Positions 47,258-56,963 of a stretch of DNA of 64,000 nt are shown here, piece by piece. Origin of the DNA: Minisyncoccota bacterium (lineage in GTDB: Bacteria > Patescibacteriota > Minisyncoccia > Phycocordibacterales > PALSA-1337); NCBI GenBank assembly GCA_041666915.1, contig JBAYFZ010000001.1, positions 286,335-350,334 on the forward strand, read 5' to 3'. The notes below the pieces were generated by a model. The model ran no database searches. It was not told the DNA's origin and worked only from the letters and a program-made list of their open reading frames with translations. Each line of letters begins with the position of its first letter. Within the stretch, counting starts at the first letter, position 1. Both the position numbers and the translations under genes were made by a program.

Positions 47258-48393
47258 AGGAGTTTTTGGACAATCGCTTGGACCGTATTAACGGTCACAG
47301 CATTGCCGAGACACTTGTACCTTTGCGTGTCGCTTATTCCCTCAGTCCATCCGTCAGGAAATCCTTGGAGGCGTTCACATTCCGTTGGTGTGAGTCTGCG
47401 GATCTTTATCTTCTTGGACCAGACTATCGGTGTCTGACCTCCGCCCATTCCTGCCGCCTGTGTGACTGTCGGAGAAATGCCATCTTTTCGTGGTTTCTGG
47501 TGGGCTTGCAGTCCGCCCACTGCGTACAAGCCTGTCTTTGCCCCGAGTCCTCCTGCCTGGCTTGCGATCGTGGTTGAAATTCCTTTCGGATCGTAGACTC
47601 GGTTTCCCTGGCTACCGCCTATGATTTGACGTGGCGATCTTTTACCAACATAAGTTCCGTTCGAGTCTGCGGTAACACGTGTCGTGATGGTTGGTAGGAC
47701 AATATCCTCGCTGTTGTTTTCGGTGAAAGGAAATACTTTCGGTCGGGTCGTGCCTCTAAGATGTCCAACAATGAACACGCGCTCCCGATTCTGAGGGACT
47801 CCGAAATTCTTAGAGTTAAGCACCTGCCACTGAACGTCGTACCCCAGTTTAGTAAGCGTGGCGATGATGATCTTGAAAGTACTGCCATTGTCATGAGATA
47901 GCAGTCCTTTGACGTTTTCCAGAAGGAATAGTCTTGGCTTTTTACTTCGGAGAATGCGTGCAATGTCAAAAAACAGCGTTCCTCGTGTATCTTTAAAGCC
48001 CTTCCTTTTTCCAGCAATTGAGAAAGCTTGGCACGGAAATCCTCCGACCAGTAGATCGAAGTCGGGTAGCTTATTTGGTTTGATTTTTGTGATGTCGTCA
48101 TAATTTTTATGTTCTGGGAAATGCCTCTGGTAGATTTCGACTGCGTACTTGTCGATTTCCGAGTAACCCGCACAAGTAAGCGGTTCTTGTCGTGAGCTGC
48201 TGCGGTGATCGTGTTTGCCAGATCGTCCTCTCTCGGGACCAATGCTTTGAGATTTCTTGTATCCTTTACCACACCCAGTCTTCTCAAGCGCTTGGCTTCT
48301 TCTGTTCTTCTTTCCGTTAGCTGTTTCCACATATGCGTTGTGTATTCCGAGCTCGAATCCGCCAATGCCGGAGAATAAGCTTAGATACTTCAT
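47254..48393 (-). CDS. DNA (cytosine-5)-methyltransferase
   Basis: 379 aa; FSGIGG (motif I), GGFPCQAFS (PCQ), ENVKGL (ENV). Confidence 0.85.
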   Translation of the reverse strand: MKYLSLFSGIGGFELGIHNAYVETANGKKNRRSQALEKTGCGKGYKKSQSIGPERGRSGKHDHRSSSRQEPLTCAGYSEIDKYAVEIYQRHFPEHKNYDDITKIKPNKLPDFDLLVGGFPCQAFSIAGKRKGFKDTRGTLFFDIARILRSKKPRLFLLENVKGLLSHDNGSTFKIIIATLTKLGYDVQWQVLNSKNFGVPQNRERVFIVGHLRGTTRPKVFPFTENNSEDIVLPTITTRVTADSNGTYVGKRSPRQIIGGSQGNRVYDPKGISTTIASQAGGLGAKTGLYAVGGLQAHQKPRKDGISPTVTQAAGMGGGQTPIVWSKKIKIRRLTPTECERLQGFPDGWTEGISDTQRYKCLGNAVTVNTVQAIVQKLL

Positions 48394-48809
48394 CAGGCAT
48401 TAATGTTGATACTTATTTCTACTCGACCTTTTGAATCTGGCGCATAATCAGACTCGAAACTACCATCTAGAAATTTATCGTTTTTGAATAGAGCGTCAGC
48501 GATACCCTTGAAGACATTGTCAGGGTCGGCGTGCAGTCCATTCATCCAGTAAATCTTTATATCCATTCGTGCTTTTTCTGATGCAGTAGTTGTTAGTGGT
48601 TGATCGTCTAGGAGAATTTGTTTACCATCGCACATTACAAATTCTGGGTAGTCTTTATAGAAACATCTACGGACATAACTTTTCCATGCGTGGTATTTCT
48701 TTGCTCCTGGAAGCCACAAAGCTCTACCAACTACACGAACGTAAGGGACCGGATTACCATAAATATCTTCTGGATTCCCTTTTATAGTGAATTGAATTGT
48801 TTTCTTCAT
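48393..48809 (-). CDS. RusA-like Holliday junction resolvase
   Basis: 138 aa; HADPDNVFKGIADAL resembles the RusA D-x-D-N catalytic motif. Confidence 0.55.
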   Translation of the reverse strand: MKKTIQFTIKGNPEDIYGNPVPYVRVVGRALWLPGAKKYHAWKSYVRRCFYKDYPEFVMCDGKQILLDDQPLTTTASEKARMDIKIYWMNGLHADPDNVFKGIADALFKNDKFLDGSFESDYAPDSKGRVEISININA

Positions 48810-48813
48810 TTTT

Positions 48814-49374
48814 TTAATAGTTATTTTTATTAATGCTCATGTGTCTTGTGATTTCCCCTATGCGTTCCTTGAAGTTATCCACAGGATGCCTAATACTAGG
48901 TTTCTCTTTTTTCTCTAGGTTTTGTGTGTTAAATCTTTTAACCAGTTTTGGTAAAGAGCGTTTACCACTTTTGGTTAACTCTCTTAACTGGTTAATTTCG
49001 TTTACTACTTTATCCACATCCATATGCAGGTTTAATTTGTAGCGATTTCCTTTGGACCGTTGCTGTACAGAAATAACTCCAACCTTGATAAGATTTTGAA
49101 GAGCGGAGTTTACTGAGGGTCTAGATAATCCAGTACCAAAATCTAGGCGTTTACCTTGGCTAGTCTTGATACCATTTTCAAACTGAGAAAAACTTATATT
49201 GTCTTCGTCTTTATGGAATCCGAAAGTGCGCCTGCATATGTAAAGTAAACATCGAGCTTCCGCCTCAGAGATTCGAGGAAGAACGAGATCCAAAATAATA
49301 TTTGGAATCTGCGAACTGTTTGGTATTAAATTTTGTTTTTGGTCGTCCATAGTTTTTTGAAGAGAGAGAAGCAT
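48814..49374 (-). CDS. replication initiator / replisome-organiser-like winged-helix protein
   Basis: 186 aa, position upstream of RusA and downstream of the ATPase. Confidence 0.4.
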   Translation of the reverse strand: MLLSLQKTMDDQKQNLIPNSSQIPNIILDLVLPRISEAEARCLLYICRRTFGFHKDEDNISFSQFENGIKTSQGKRLDFGTGLSRPSVNSALQNLIKVGVISVQQRSKGNRYKLNLHMDVDKVVNEINQLRELTKSGKRSLPKLVKRFNTQNLEKKEKPSIRHPVDNFKERIGEITRHMSINKNNY

Positions 49375-49478
49375 CGATTGCTCGATGTTTCTTCTCTGGT
49401 TATTGAGGGCTTAGCCCCCGATCTCAGCCCTCATACCACTGCGATCAGGGCTGAGTCAGTGGCCAAGCTACTTAGTTT

Positions 49479-50666
49479 TTACTTGCCACTCTTTTCTCCA
49501 GCCTTTGCTGTTGATTTCTTTGGCTTCTCGACCTTTGAATCTCTGAGCTCCTTATCAAACTTCTGGTCAGGCGTTAGTTCAGGCGGAAGTTCGTTTTTTG
49601 TTTCGGCAATCTTCTTTTGAACAAATTCCTGAACCCTTGCATATCCATCTTCTAGAACATCTGGTCGCATTGCTTCAATCGCTGACCAGCTTCTTGTCTG
49701 GAAGGCATACTCAAGTGCATCAGTTTTGTTTTTCTTTTCCTGAGCACCACTACTTGGCCAGACTGATACTAGATATCCCTCTATCTCCTCAAGCCATCGT
49801 TTTCTCTCAAGGACCCATTTACGCTTGTCTTCCTCGGTTCGGATCAGCTCTCCGGCATCCCTCTCCGTGGGGCTAAAACGGGCTATTACGGGGTTTTTGA
49901 TGACTGCCTCGATTGCTGGTGCGAAGTCCTCGTAGGTTGGGTTTTTGAAGACCTTTCCATCAAGGAGATTTCCTCGCCCTTTGAGGACCGTTGCTTGTCG
50001 CCAAACCTCACGCTTTTTGCTTTGAATGAGTTCGTGTCGTTCCATAAGTACCAAGACATCGAATTCGTATGCTGCATTCTTTTCCGCTTGCATCTTTACT
50101 CCTGTCTTAGTAAATTCTTTGCGACCATCCTCATCTACTTCCTGCTCCATTCGGTCCGACACGCGCCCTGTGGCGATGATGTGGATCGGCGACTGGACCA
50201 TTGGGATCGAGAAGTTTCTATTCCAGTCGGACTTGATTGCCATCCAGTCCTGGATCTGAAATGTTTGGCGGTTGAGCTTGCGCTTGTACGCCTCTTGGAA
50301 ATCCATCCAGATGTGAGTGATACTGTCGATTACCATCACATCGGAATAACCTTCCGTGCAGAGCTTCATTGCTGTTACCAAATCAGCTAGTGAATGTGTC
50401 TCTCTGACCATTGCAGTAATCCCATGTTCCTCAAAAAGAGGCACAAGAAATTTTGCAGCTTTCTCGGTATCAATGAGCACTACTGGTTTCTTACTTCCGA
50501 TCTTCTTGTGAAGACCGATTGCTACTAATGCGGCAGACCAACTTTTACCTGTACCTGGCTCTCCTTCAAATGCCGCCTTGAAGTAGGGCTTTGTGTTTCC
50601 GATGGCCGTGAAGAAGTTTTCTTCTTTTGTTGCGATCGGAACGTGACTTCGTTCTTGTGTTTGCAT
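49479..50666 (-). CDS. RecA-fold P-loop ATPase (replicative helicase/recombinase-like)
   Basis: 395 aa; Walker A GEPGTGKS, Walker B VMVIDS. Confidence 0.65.
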   Translation of the reverse strand: MQTQERSHVPIATKEENFFTAIGNTKPYFKAAFEGEPGTGKSWSAALVAIGLHKKIGSKKPVVLIDTEKAAKFLVPLFEEHGITAMVRETHSLADLVTAMKLCTEGYSDVMVIDSITHIWMDFQEAYKRKLNRQTFQIQDWMAIKSDWNRNFSIPMVQSPIHIIATGRVSDRMEQEVDEDGRKEFTKTGVKMQAEKNAAYEFDVLVLMERHELIQSKKREVWRQATVLKGRGNLLDGKVFKNPTYEDFAPAIEAVIKNPVIARFSPTERDAGELIRTEEDKRKWVLERKRWLEEIEGYLVSVWPSSGAQEKKNKTDALEYAFQTRSWSAIEAMRPDVLEDGYARVQEFVQKKIAETKNELPPELTPDQKFDKELRDSKVEKPKKSTAKAGEKSGK

Positions 50667-50740
50667 AATTTTTGCTTGACTCGACGAAGGGTTTCTTGAT
50701 ACTATGTATCTGTCATAAGGACTCCCTCGTCGGGGGTCTT

Positions 50741-51037
50741 TTATTTTTTAAATAACTTAGTAATTCTTTTGTCAGCCTCTGCTAACATCGTTTTGTTAAT
50801 CTGACTCATGATTTCTGTGAACAATCCGTCACGAATAATTCCGTGTGCCATTACGATTGCTTTCTCGTTTTCGGCATCGAGATTGGTCAGCTTTCCCATG
50901 ATGTCTCCGGTGAATTCCGCTACTTCGTCGAGCATGTGAGCGAGGATTTGTTCATCAACAATTGCTGGTGCTTTATCCTTCACTAACTTCACCGCCTCCC
51001 TCGACAAAGTTTTCATTTTTTCTTGTGATGGTGTCAT
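50741..51037 (-). CDS. hypothetical phage early protein
   Basis: 98 aa ORF; 65-nt overlap with the upstream ORF, start uncertain. Confidence 0.35.
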   Translation of the reverse strand: MTPSQEKMKTLSREAVKLVKDKAPAIVDEQILAHMLDEVAEFTGDIMGKLTNLDAENEKAIVMAHGIIRDGLFTEIMSQINKTMLAEADKRITKLFKK

Positions 51038-51287
51038 TTAATGATTCTTGGATTCGTTGCTTTCTGAGTTCCTCTTTTTCCTTGAGCTGTATTTGTCTCT
51101 CTCGGCTAAAGGGCACATTCTTCTTCAATCGAATCTCTTTAGGTTGATAATCGATATCGACTAGATCACCTATGATCAATCGATATTTTTCTGTGAGCCA
51201 TTTACCTTCGAGTATTAAGGCTGGTATGCCATATCTTCGATAAGTAACGACTCGAGTGGTTCTTAGTTTTTGTTTCATTGCTAGCAT
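50973..51287 (-). CDS. hypothetical small DNA-binding-like protein (possible AbrB/MazE-like fold)
   Basis: 104 aa; YRRYGIPALILEGKWL...GDLVDIDY pattern. Confidence 0.35.
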   Translation of the reverse strand: MLAMKQKLRTTRVVTYRRYGIPALILEGKWLTEKYRLIIGDLVDIDYQPKEIRLKKNVPFSRERQIQLKEKEELRKQRIQESLNDTITRKNENFVEGGGEVSEG

Positions 51288-51331
51288 CTGCCATGTACCT
51301 TGGCTGATCCCTTTTGGGACAATGATTTTGA

Positions 51332-51694
51332 TTACCTACACTTCTTTCGAATATCGAGGGATTGAGGATAGAGTCCTTTTTCCTTAAACAAGAGATCTAC
51401 CAAGTGAGCGTCACCTTTTATCCCGACATGCCACTGGTTTACCTCGTGGATCGGACGATATTCTTTGTAGTCGTATATGGTTAGAACCATTGGGCGTTTC
51501 TTGTTTGTCGACTTGAAAGCCCATTCAACCCGAGTCTTTTCATCAGAGGACTGCCATTCTCCCTCTTGAGTACGGTCATGAGGCATCCCCAACTTATCCA
51601 CAAGCTCGGGATACGAGATGTGCAAGTATCCATGAAAGCTTGAGTGGATCGTGTCTCTGTTTGTGGCTGGTTTGAACTTCGATGTAGATTTCAT
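51332..51694 (-). CDS. hypothetical phage protein (first gene inside the right prophage end)
   Basis: 120 aa ORF. Confidence 0.4.
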   Translation of the reverse strand: MKSTSKFKPATNRDTIHSSFHGYLHISYPELVDKLGMPHDRTQEGEWQSSDEKTRVEWAFKSTNKKRPMVLTIYDYKEYRPIHEVNQWHVGIKGDAHLVDLLFKEKGLYPQSLDIRKKCR

Positions 51695-51841
51695 AATCGT
51701 TTAATTTTGCTAATAAATTTTCGACCTTTTTAGACGAGTTACTGATATGCAAAAAGCACACAGTTTTTCTGTGCGCTTACGTTCGATTTATTTGTTTTTA
51801 GCCTAGTTTTTCCTCACTTTGGCCTTAGAAGATGGTGGTGT

Positions 51842-51874
51842 TATATCTTAAACTCTATGAGACCTCCATCTTCT
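51842..51874. repeat. att-like repeat copy D (tatatcttaaactctatgagacctccatcttct), candidate attR; reverse strand encodes EDGGLIEFKI*
   Basis: about 28/33 identical to copy C. Confidence 0.65.
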
Positions 51875-51930
51875 AAACTTGACTATCTAGCATATTAATG
51901 CTACTATTTCAGGTAGAAAGGAGGTGTGAC

Positions 51931-52041
51931 ATGCAACTTACCTACAAACATGGTGCGAAGTTTTGTCTCGTGATGATAGTCCTGCTTGGTATAGCAGCAA
52001 TCGTCATCATGGCAACACCTTGGGTCAAACTCATTTGGTGA
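51931..52041 (+). CDS. 36-aa hydrophobic peptide with strong RBS (AAGGAGGTGTGAC-ATG)
   Basis: translation MQLTYKHGAKFCLVMIVLLGIAAIVIMATPWVKLIW; GGAGG 7 nt upstream; sits between att-like copy D and ychF. Confidence 0.35.
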   Translation: MQLTYKHGAKFCLVMIVLLGIAAIVIMATPWVKLIW

Positions 52042-52099
52042 AGCCAGTCAGATCCTAAAACCGTATGGTTCGCCCAGCGGTTTTCGTTTTAGAAAAAGT

Positions 52100-53248
52100 C
52101 TAGATCTTAAACTCCACAACATCCCCGTCCTTGACCACATACTCCTTCCCTTCAGTTCTGAGTAAACCTCTCTCTCTAGCTATAGCGTATGAACCCGCAT
52201 TGAGTAATGTATCCCATTCAATAACCTCAGCACGAACAAACTTATCTTTGAAATCAGTATGAATAGCCGTACCAGCTAGAGGCGCAGTCCAACCTTTTTT
52301 GATTGTCCAAGCCCTACTCTCATCTTCTCCAGTCGTGAAATAGGTTATAAGTCCAAGGATTTTATAACCATTGGTAATGAGTGCGTCTATACCATCCTCC
52401 TTCGCTAAGTCTTCTGTGGATGAATTCCCCTTACCAGTCAATGCTTGTCGCATCTCTTTTTTCTCTTTATCATCAAAATCTTTTAATTCATGTTCAATAC
52501 CAGCGTCAACGATAACAAAACCAGAATCATTATCTTTCAAAAACTTCATCAACCTATTCCACCTCTCATCTTTTAATTCATCCAAATTCTTTGAACCCGC
52601 TTTTTTATTTAATACATACAAGAAAGGCTTTGCTGTAATCAAACAAAGTTGTTTCAAAAATGGTTCTTCGTACTCATCAGGTTTGATGGTTGAAGCCAAA
52701 TTCCCCGCTTCCAGAGCTGGAAGTAATTTCTCAATAAGTCCCATTTCAATAATAGCTTCCTTTTTGCCAGCCTTTACTTCTTTACCAAGAGTATTTTTGC
52801 GTTTAGTTACAGTCTGAATATCAGCTAAAACCAATTCCAGATTTATAACTTCAATATCTTTGAGTGGATCAATCTTCCCGTCAACATGAATGACATTATC
52901 ATCTTCAAAAATCCTGACGACTTGTGCGATGGCGTCCGTCTCACGGATATGCGACAAAAATTGATTGCCTAATCCTTCACCTTCTGAAGCACCTTTGACA
53001 AGACCTGCAATATCCACGAATTCAACCGCTGCAGGTACAGTCTTTGCTGACTTAGAGAAAGCTGAGAGTTTCCAAAGACGTTCATCTGGCACTGCCACGA
53101 CGCCCACCGAAGGATCTATTGTACAGAATGGGTAATTCTCTGCTGGCACACTCTTCTTTGTAAGCGCATTGAAAAGCGTTGATTTGCCAACGTTTGGGAG
53201 ACCTACGATGCCGATGGATAAGGACATGGGATTTAGTTTACAGTGCAA
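52100..53248 (-). CDS. ychF: ribosome-binding ATPase YchF (Obg-family GTPase with C-terminal TGS domain)
   Basis: 382 aa; G1 [16 protein letters not shown]-terminal ..[15 protein letters not shown]. Confidence 0.9.
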   Translation of the reverse strand: MHCKLNPMSLSIGIVGLPNVGKSTLFNALTKKSVPAENYPFCTIDPSVGVVAVPDERLWKLSAFSKSAKTVPAAVEFVDIAGLVKGASEGEGLGNQFLSHIRETDAIAQVVRIFEDDNVIHVDGKIDPLKDIEVINLELVLADIQTVTKRKNTLGKEVKAGKKEAIIEMGLIEKLLPALEAGNLASTIKPDEYEEPFLKQLCLITAKPFLYVLNKKAGSKNLDELKDERWNRLMKFLKDNDSGFVIVDAGIEHELKDFDDKEKKEMRQALTGKGNSSTEDLAKEDGIDALITNGYKILGLITYFTTGEDESRAWTIKKGWTAPLAGTAIHTDFKDKFVRAEVIEWDTLLNAGSYAIARERGLLRTEGKEYVVKDGDVVEFKI

Positions 53249-53275
53249 AGTGCAAAATGCAAAGTTTTATTACGT

Positions 53276-53374
53276 TGCGTCATTCCCGCGAAGGCGGGAA
53301 TCCAGGATTATTACGAACAAACAGTTACTTTACTTTGTGGTAACCATGGATTCCCGCCTTCGCGGGAATGACAC
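53276..53374. repeat. palindromic intergenic element copy 2 (GCGTCATTCCCGCGAAGGCGGGAATCCAGGATTATTACGAAC ... GGATTCCCGCCTTCGCGGGAATGAC)
   Basis: 44 bp identical to 3511-3556 plus the matching inverted arm. Confidence 0.8.
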
Positions 53375-53395
53375 ACACGCAAGAATGACGCGACT

Positions 53396-54847
53396 TTATA
53401 TAACCTCCTTCGCTCCTTTCTCATAAACCTTCAACGGTAACTTCCCCCAATTCTCCAAAATAGGCGTTACAAATTCCCATGAAGCCATGATTTCTGCTGT
53501 GGAAGCAAAGAGTGTCTGGTCACCAATGAAAGCATCGTGGAGAAGACGTTCGTAATCATTACGAATAACATTGAAACTAGGAACATCAGAATATTTGAAT
53601 TTCAAAGTCTTGGCTTCAGTAGCAAAATTGTAACCAGGTGTCTTTACGAAGAATTTTATCTTGATACATTCATCAGGTTGAATACGAAAAGTCAGAATAT
53701 TCTGATCTTCCAGACAAGTCTTCCTTTCACCTTCTGGAGTGATGATGGAACATTTCTTGCCATTTTTGAAATAGACATCAATCTCGGTCTTGGCTTCCTG
53801 CAAAGCTTTGCCATTTTCCAAGAAAAAAGGAACTCCCTTCCAACGAGGATTGTTTATAGAAGTAGCGATGCGGAAATATGTCTCTGTAGTTGATGTAGGA
53901 GAAACACCTGCCTCATTTTTGTAACCTTCATACTGACCACGCAAGACATTTGTAGAGACCTGTCTTGGTGTCATCTTATTCAAGGCTTTGAGAACAGCTA
54001 CTCTTTCTTTGCGAATATCGTTGGCCTTGAGCGAACGTGGTTCATCCATAGTGATGAGTGCCAACATCTGAAGCATATGATTTTGACCGACATCTTTGAG
54101 AGCACCGATAGGGTCATAGAAAGGACCGCGACCTTCCATGCCCATCTTTTCATAAAGTTTGATGTGAACCTTGTCTATATATTTGTTATTCCACATTGGC
54201 AAGAAAATCGGATTGGTAAAACGAAAAGCAATAATATTTTGCAAAGCCTCTTTTGCCAAATAATGATCTATACGAAAGATCTGTTCCTCTTTGAAAAGTT
54301 TTCCTAGAAGTTTATCCAATGAACGTGCAGTGGCAATATCATTACCAAAAGGTTTTTCTATGAGAATCCTCGTCCAACCACTTTTATCATCACAAGGTAG
54401 AGTTAATTTAGAATTGGCCAAATCTTTCAAAATACCTTCATAGAGGTTTGGTGGAACTGAAAGATGAAAAAGTTTATTGGAACATTGACCCCAGTTGTCA
54501 TCTATAGATTTCAATTTCTCAGCCAACCTGCTATATGCAACTGCTGAATCAAAAAAACCTTGCTCATACGACATGTGATCCAGAAAGTGTTTGACATCTT
54601 CTTCATTGAACTGACCGGGATGAATATTCATCTTACTTCTAATGAGCTCACGGAATTCTTCACGACTGAAAGATCTTCTAGAAAATCCGACAATAGCAAA
54701 GCGTGGTGGTAAAAGCTTTTTTACGAATAGGGCCAAAAGAGCTGGTAAAAGTTTTCTAGCTGCAAGGTCACCAGTGATACCAAAAATTACAAAGATAGTT
54801 GGATGCAAAGCGAGAGGAGCTATAGTTTTATTGGGTGTTATTTCCAT
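53396..54847 (-). CDS. zwf: glucose-6-phosphate 1-dehydrogenase
   Basis: 483 aa; IFGITGDLAARKLLPAL NADP-binding motif, RIDHYLAKE active-site motif. Confidence 0.9.
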   Translation of the reverse strand: MEITPNKTIAPLALHPTIFVIFGITGDLAARKLLPALLALFVKKLLPPRFAIVGFSRRSFSREEFRELIRSKMNIHPGQFNEEDVKHFLDHMSYEQGFFDSAVAYSRLAEKLKSIDDNWGQCSNKLFHLSVPPNLYEGILKDLANSKLTLPCDDKSGWTRILIEKPFGNDIATARSLDKLLGKLFKEEQIFRIDHYLAKEALQNIIAFRFTNPIFLPMWNNKYIDKVHIKLYEKMGMEGRGPFYDPIGALKDVGQNHMLQMLALITMDEPRSLKANDIRKERVAVLKALNKMTPRQVSTNVLRGQYEGYKNEAGVSPTSTTETYFRIATSINNPRWKGVPFFLENGKALQEAKTEIDVYFKNGKKCSIITPEGERKTCLEDQNILTFRIQPDECIKIKFFVKTPGYNFATEAKTLKFKYSDVPSFNVIRNDYERLLHDAFIGDQTLFASTAEIMASWEFVTPILENWGKLPLKVYEKGAKEVI

Positions 54848-55161
54848 ATTGGAATTATAATCGTTAATATCATTTTCAGCTAATCGTGCGAGGTCGTCCG
54901 CCAGCTGGTGGAGCGGATCGCTAATTTCTACAATTTCTCACCCCATTCAGTCCATTTTGGATACAAACTACCAGCGACAAAGACACATGGCAATATGATG
55001 ATTCCACAAAAAATCCAGAGTATGAAAAAAAATGCCCTTGGCAACCATTCCTTGAGGATCTTAAACATTTCCTTCCAAACCTCCCATAAGGCCGAAAATA
55101 ACTCTGTAACTGTTTCCATAGCACGATATACTAATCTATTTTTGGCAATAGTGCAATCTTG

Positions 55162-55234
55162 TGGACCATGCCGGACTCGAACCGGCCACCTCACCCATGC
55201 CATGGGTGCGCTCTACCAGATGAGCTAATGGCCC
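55162..55234 (-). tRNA. tRNA-Ala (anticodon GGC)
   Basis: cloverleaf GGGCCATTAGCTCATCTGGTAGAGCGCACCCATGGCATGGGTG..GGTTCGAGTCCGGCATGGTCCA with G3:U70. Confidence 0.85.
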
Positions 55235-55288
55235 AAAATTACTTACCAGAAAATCCTATCATAAATAGTACCCCCTGTGTATAACCAG

Positions 55289-55319
55289 TTGACATTTGAT
55301 TTCCTAATCCTGCTATAAT
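55289..55319 (+). promoter_or_regulatory. sigma70-like promoter TTGACA-19 nt-TATAAT upstream of the DUF378 gene
   Basis: hexamers read directly; spacer is 19 nt, slightly long. Confidence 0.4.
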
Positions 55320-55357
55320 TGTAGAGGTATTATCAATTACAAGTAATAACAAATAAC

Positions 55358-55600
55358 ATGAAAGCATTACATGGCGTTTCATTTGTGCTCTTAGTAATCG
55401 GAGGTTTGAACTGGCTCCTAGTCGGAGTTGGTTCATGGTTCGGCGGTAACTGGAACATTGTTACCCTTATCCTAGGAAGTATCTCTTGGTTGGAAAACCT
55501 CGTATACGTTCTAGTCGGTTTGGCAACAATTGTCATCCTTCTTTCTCACAAGAAGTCATGCAAAGAGTGTGACAAGGTTGCTCCAGCTCCACAAATGTAA
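55358..55600 (+). CDS. DUF378-family small membrane protein
   Basis: 80 aa; GGLNWLLVGVGSWFGGNW motif typical of DUF378. Confidence 0.65.
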   Translation: MKALHGVSFVLLVIGGLNWLLVGVGSWFGGNWNIVTLILGSISWLENLVYVLVGLATIVILLSHKKSCKECDKVAPAPQM

Positions 55601-55739
55601 TCTATCGTAATCACGAACAAAAAATCTCGAGTATTCCTCGGGATTTTTTGTTATATAAATTGAACCAATTAAATAAGTTCAAATAATCGTATAAATTTAC
55701 TTTTTTTCTATTTTAAGCTACTATATTGGTTCAGTACGA

Positions 55740-55812
55740 GGGCCTGTAGCTCATCTGGTAGAGCGCCGCTTTTGCAAAGCGGAGGCAAGCGGTTCGAGCC
55801 CGCTCAGGTCCA
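55740..55812 (+). tRNA. tRNA-Ala (anticodon UGC)
   Basis: GGGCCTGTAGCTCATCTGGTAGAGCGCCGCTTTTGCAAAGCGGAGGCAAGCGGTTCGAGCCCGCTCAGGTCCA; G3:U70 identity pair; T-arm GGTTCGAGCC. Confidence 0.9.
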
Positions 55813-56030
55813 CTGATGTAAATCCTACGCTGAGACTATTACATGTTAAGTGGCGTGTGCCGTCACCGAAGCATAGGTAATCTTGAAAAGCCCTGAGGGG
55901 CTTTTCTGCTTTATGAGTACATCAAATTTTCCAATCTAGGAAAAATATTGACACATTATATATAAGTATTATAGAATAAAAAAAGACAAAAACCGCTAGT
56001 CAACTAGCACAACAAAAAGGAAAGTTAATT

Positions 56031-56906
56031 ATGAACATTAACAATTCAGTCAAGGTAGCGCTGGCATGCTTTATGGGTGCCTTCATTGGCGCTTTGGTAG
56101 CACTTCAATTCCACTATGTTTGGTGGATCGGTGTTCTCATCGGTGGTATGGTTGGTTATATCAGTTACAATCTGGATGAAATCCCCTGCGCAGTAAAAAA
56201 GGTATGGGTAAATCTATCCGAGATAAAGACTGCTACAAAGGCATTCTTTGAAGACAGAGAATCTATAGTTGAAATTATAGGTCTAACGACCTTTTTATCT
56301 ATAGGATCTTTCTTACTGATATCATTACTTGCCTCAGCTATTCAGTCCATAGAATCAACATTTATTCTATGGAACAACTTGTTACAAAATAACCAATTAA
56401 ATTATCTTAATCCTCGTTCTCTTGAAGGAAAAGAACTAAATGGTTTAATTTTCTTAAACATTAATATTATTGTGATAGGGCTAATATTCTTGTTAATATC
56501 TCTCCTCTGGAGATTGAAAGCTCGTAATAATAGGACTAAATCTCGCAACGATCTTATTAAAAATTCTAATTCATTTCTCATCTCTGGACTTGTTTATATT
56601 TGCTTAGCCCCAATAGTGGCACCAGTAGTTATAGTCTTGGTATCGTTAATATTTTCTGCGGTAGTTATTTATGTCTCCGCAAAAATCTCATTGAAAGTTG
56701 TGTGGGGTACATTCAAGCTCATTCACTCTGATATTCGTATCTTGTGCATGACAGACGCGATGATCGGAGCAACAATCGGATACTATTCTGGTAATGCTCT
56801 ATTCGGAGGTATCGTCGGTGCAATATTCGGTGTTCTAAATTACGAAATCATATCAAAACGCTGGTTCAAACTCGTGACAGTCTCAAAAGAAATCTCACAA
56901 GCCTAA
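56031..56906 (+). CDS. hypothetical polytopic membrane protein
   Basis: 291 aa, multiple hydrophobic helices, AT-rich. Confidence 0.5.
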   Translation: MNINNSVKVALACFMGAFIGALVALQFHYVWWIGVLIGGMVGYISYNLDEIPCAVKKVWVNLSEIKTATKAFFEDRESIVEIIGLTTFLSIGSFLLISLLASAIQSIESTFILWNNLLQNNQLNYLNPRSLEGKELNGLIFLNINIIVIGLIFLLISLLWRLKARNNRTKSRNDLIKNSNSFLISGLVYICLAPIVAPVVIVLVSLIFSAVVIYVSAKISLKVVWGTFKLIHSDIRILCMTDAMIGATIGYYSGNALFGGIVGAIFGVLNYEIISKRWFKLVTVSKEISQA

Positions 56907-56963
56907 TCTAAAAATCTCAAAAAGCCGTTCACTATAAGGTGGACGGTTTTCTTCATATAGATA

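Larger units (their letters stand above)
14184..51874 (-). mobile_element. integrated prophage (~37.7 kb), tailed phage, with accessory/defence island
   Basis: integrase at one end, TerL/portal/capsid/tail/lysis modules, bounded by att-like direct repeats C and D; GC about 47 % in the core vs host 33-40 %. Confidence 0.85.

Noticed and set aside
47619-48365. 248-aa ORF inside the Dcm gene in another frame
   Set aside because: Lies entirely within the C5-MTase gene, which has all canonical motifs. Shadow ORF.
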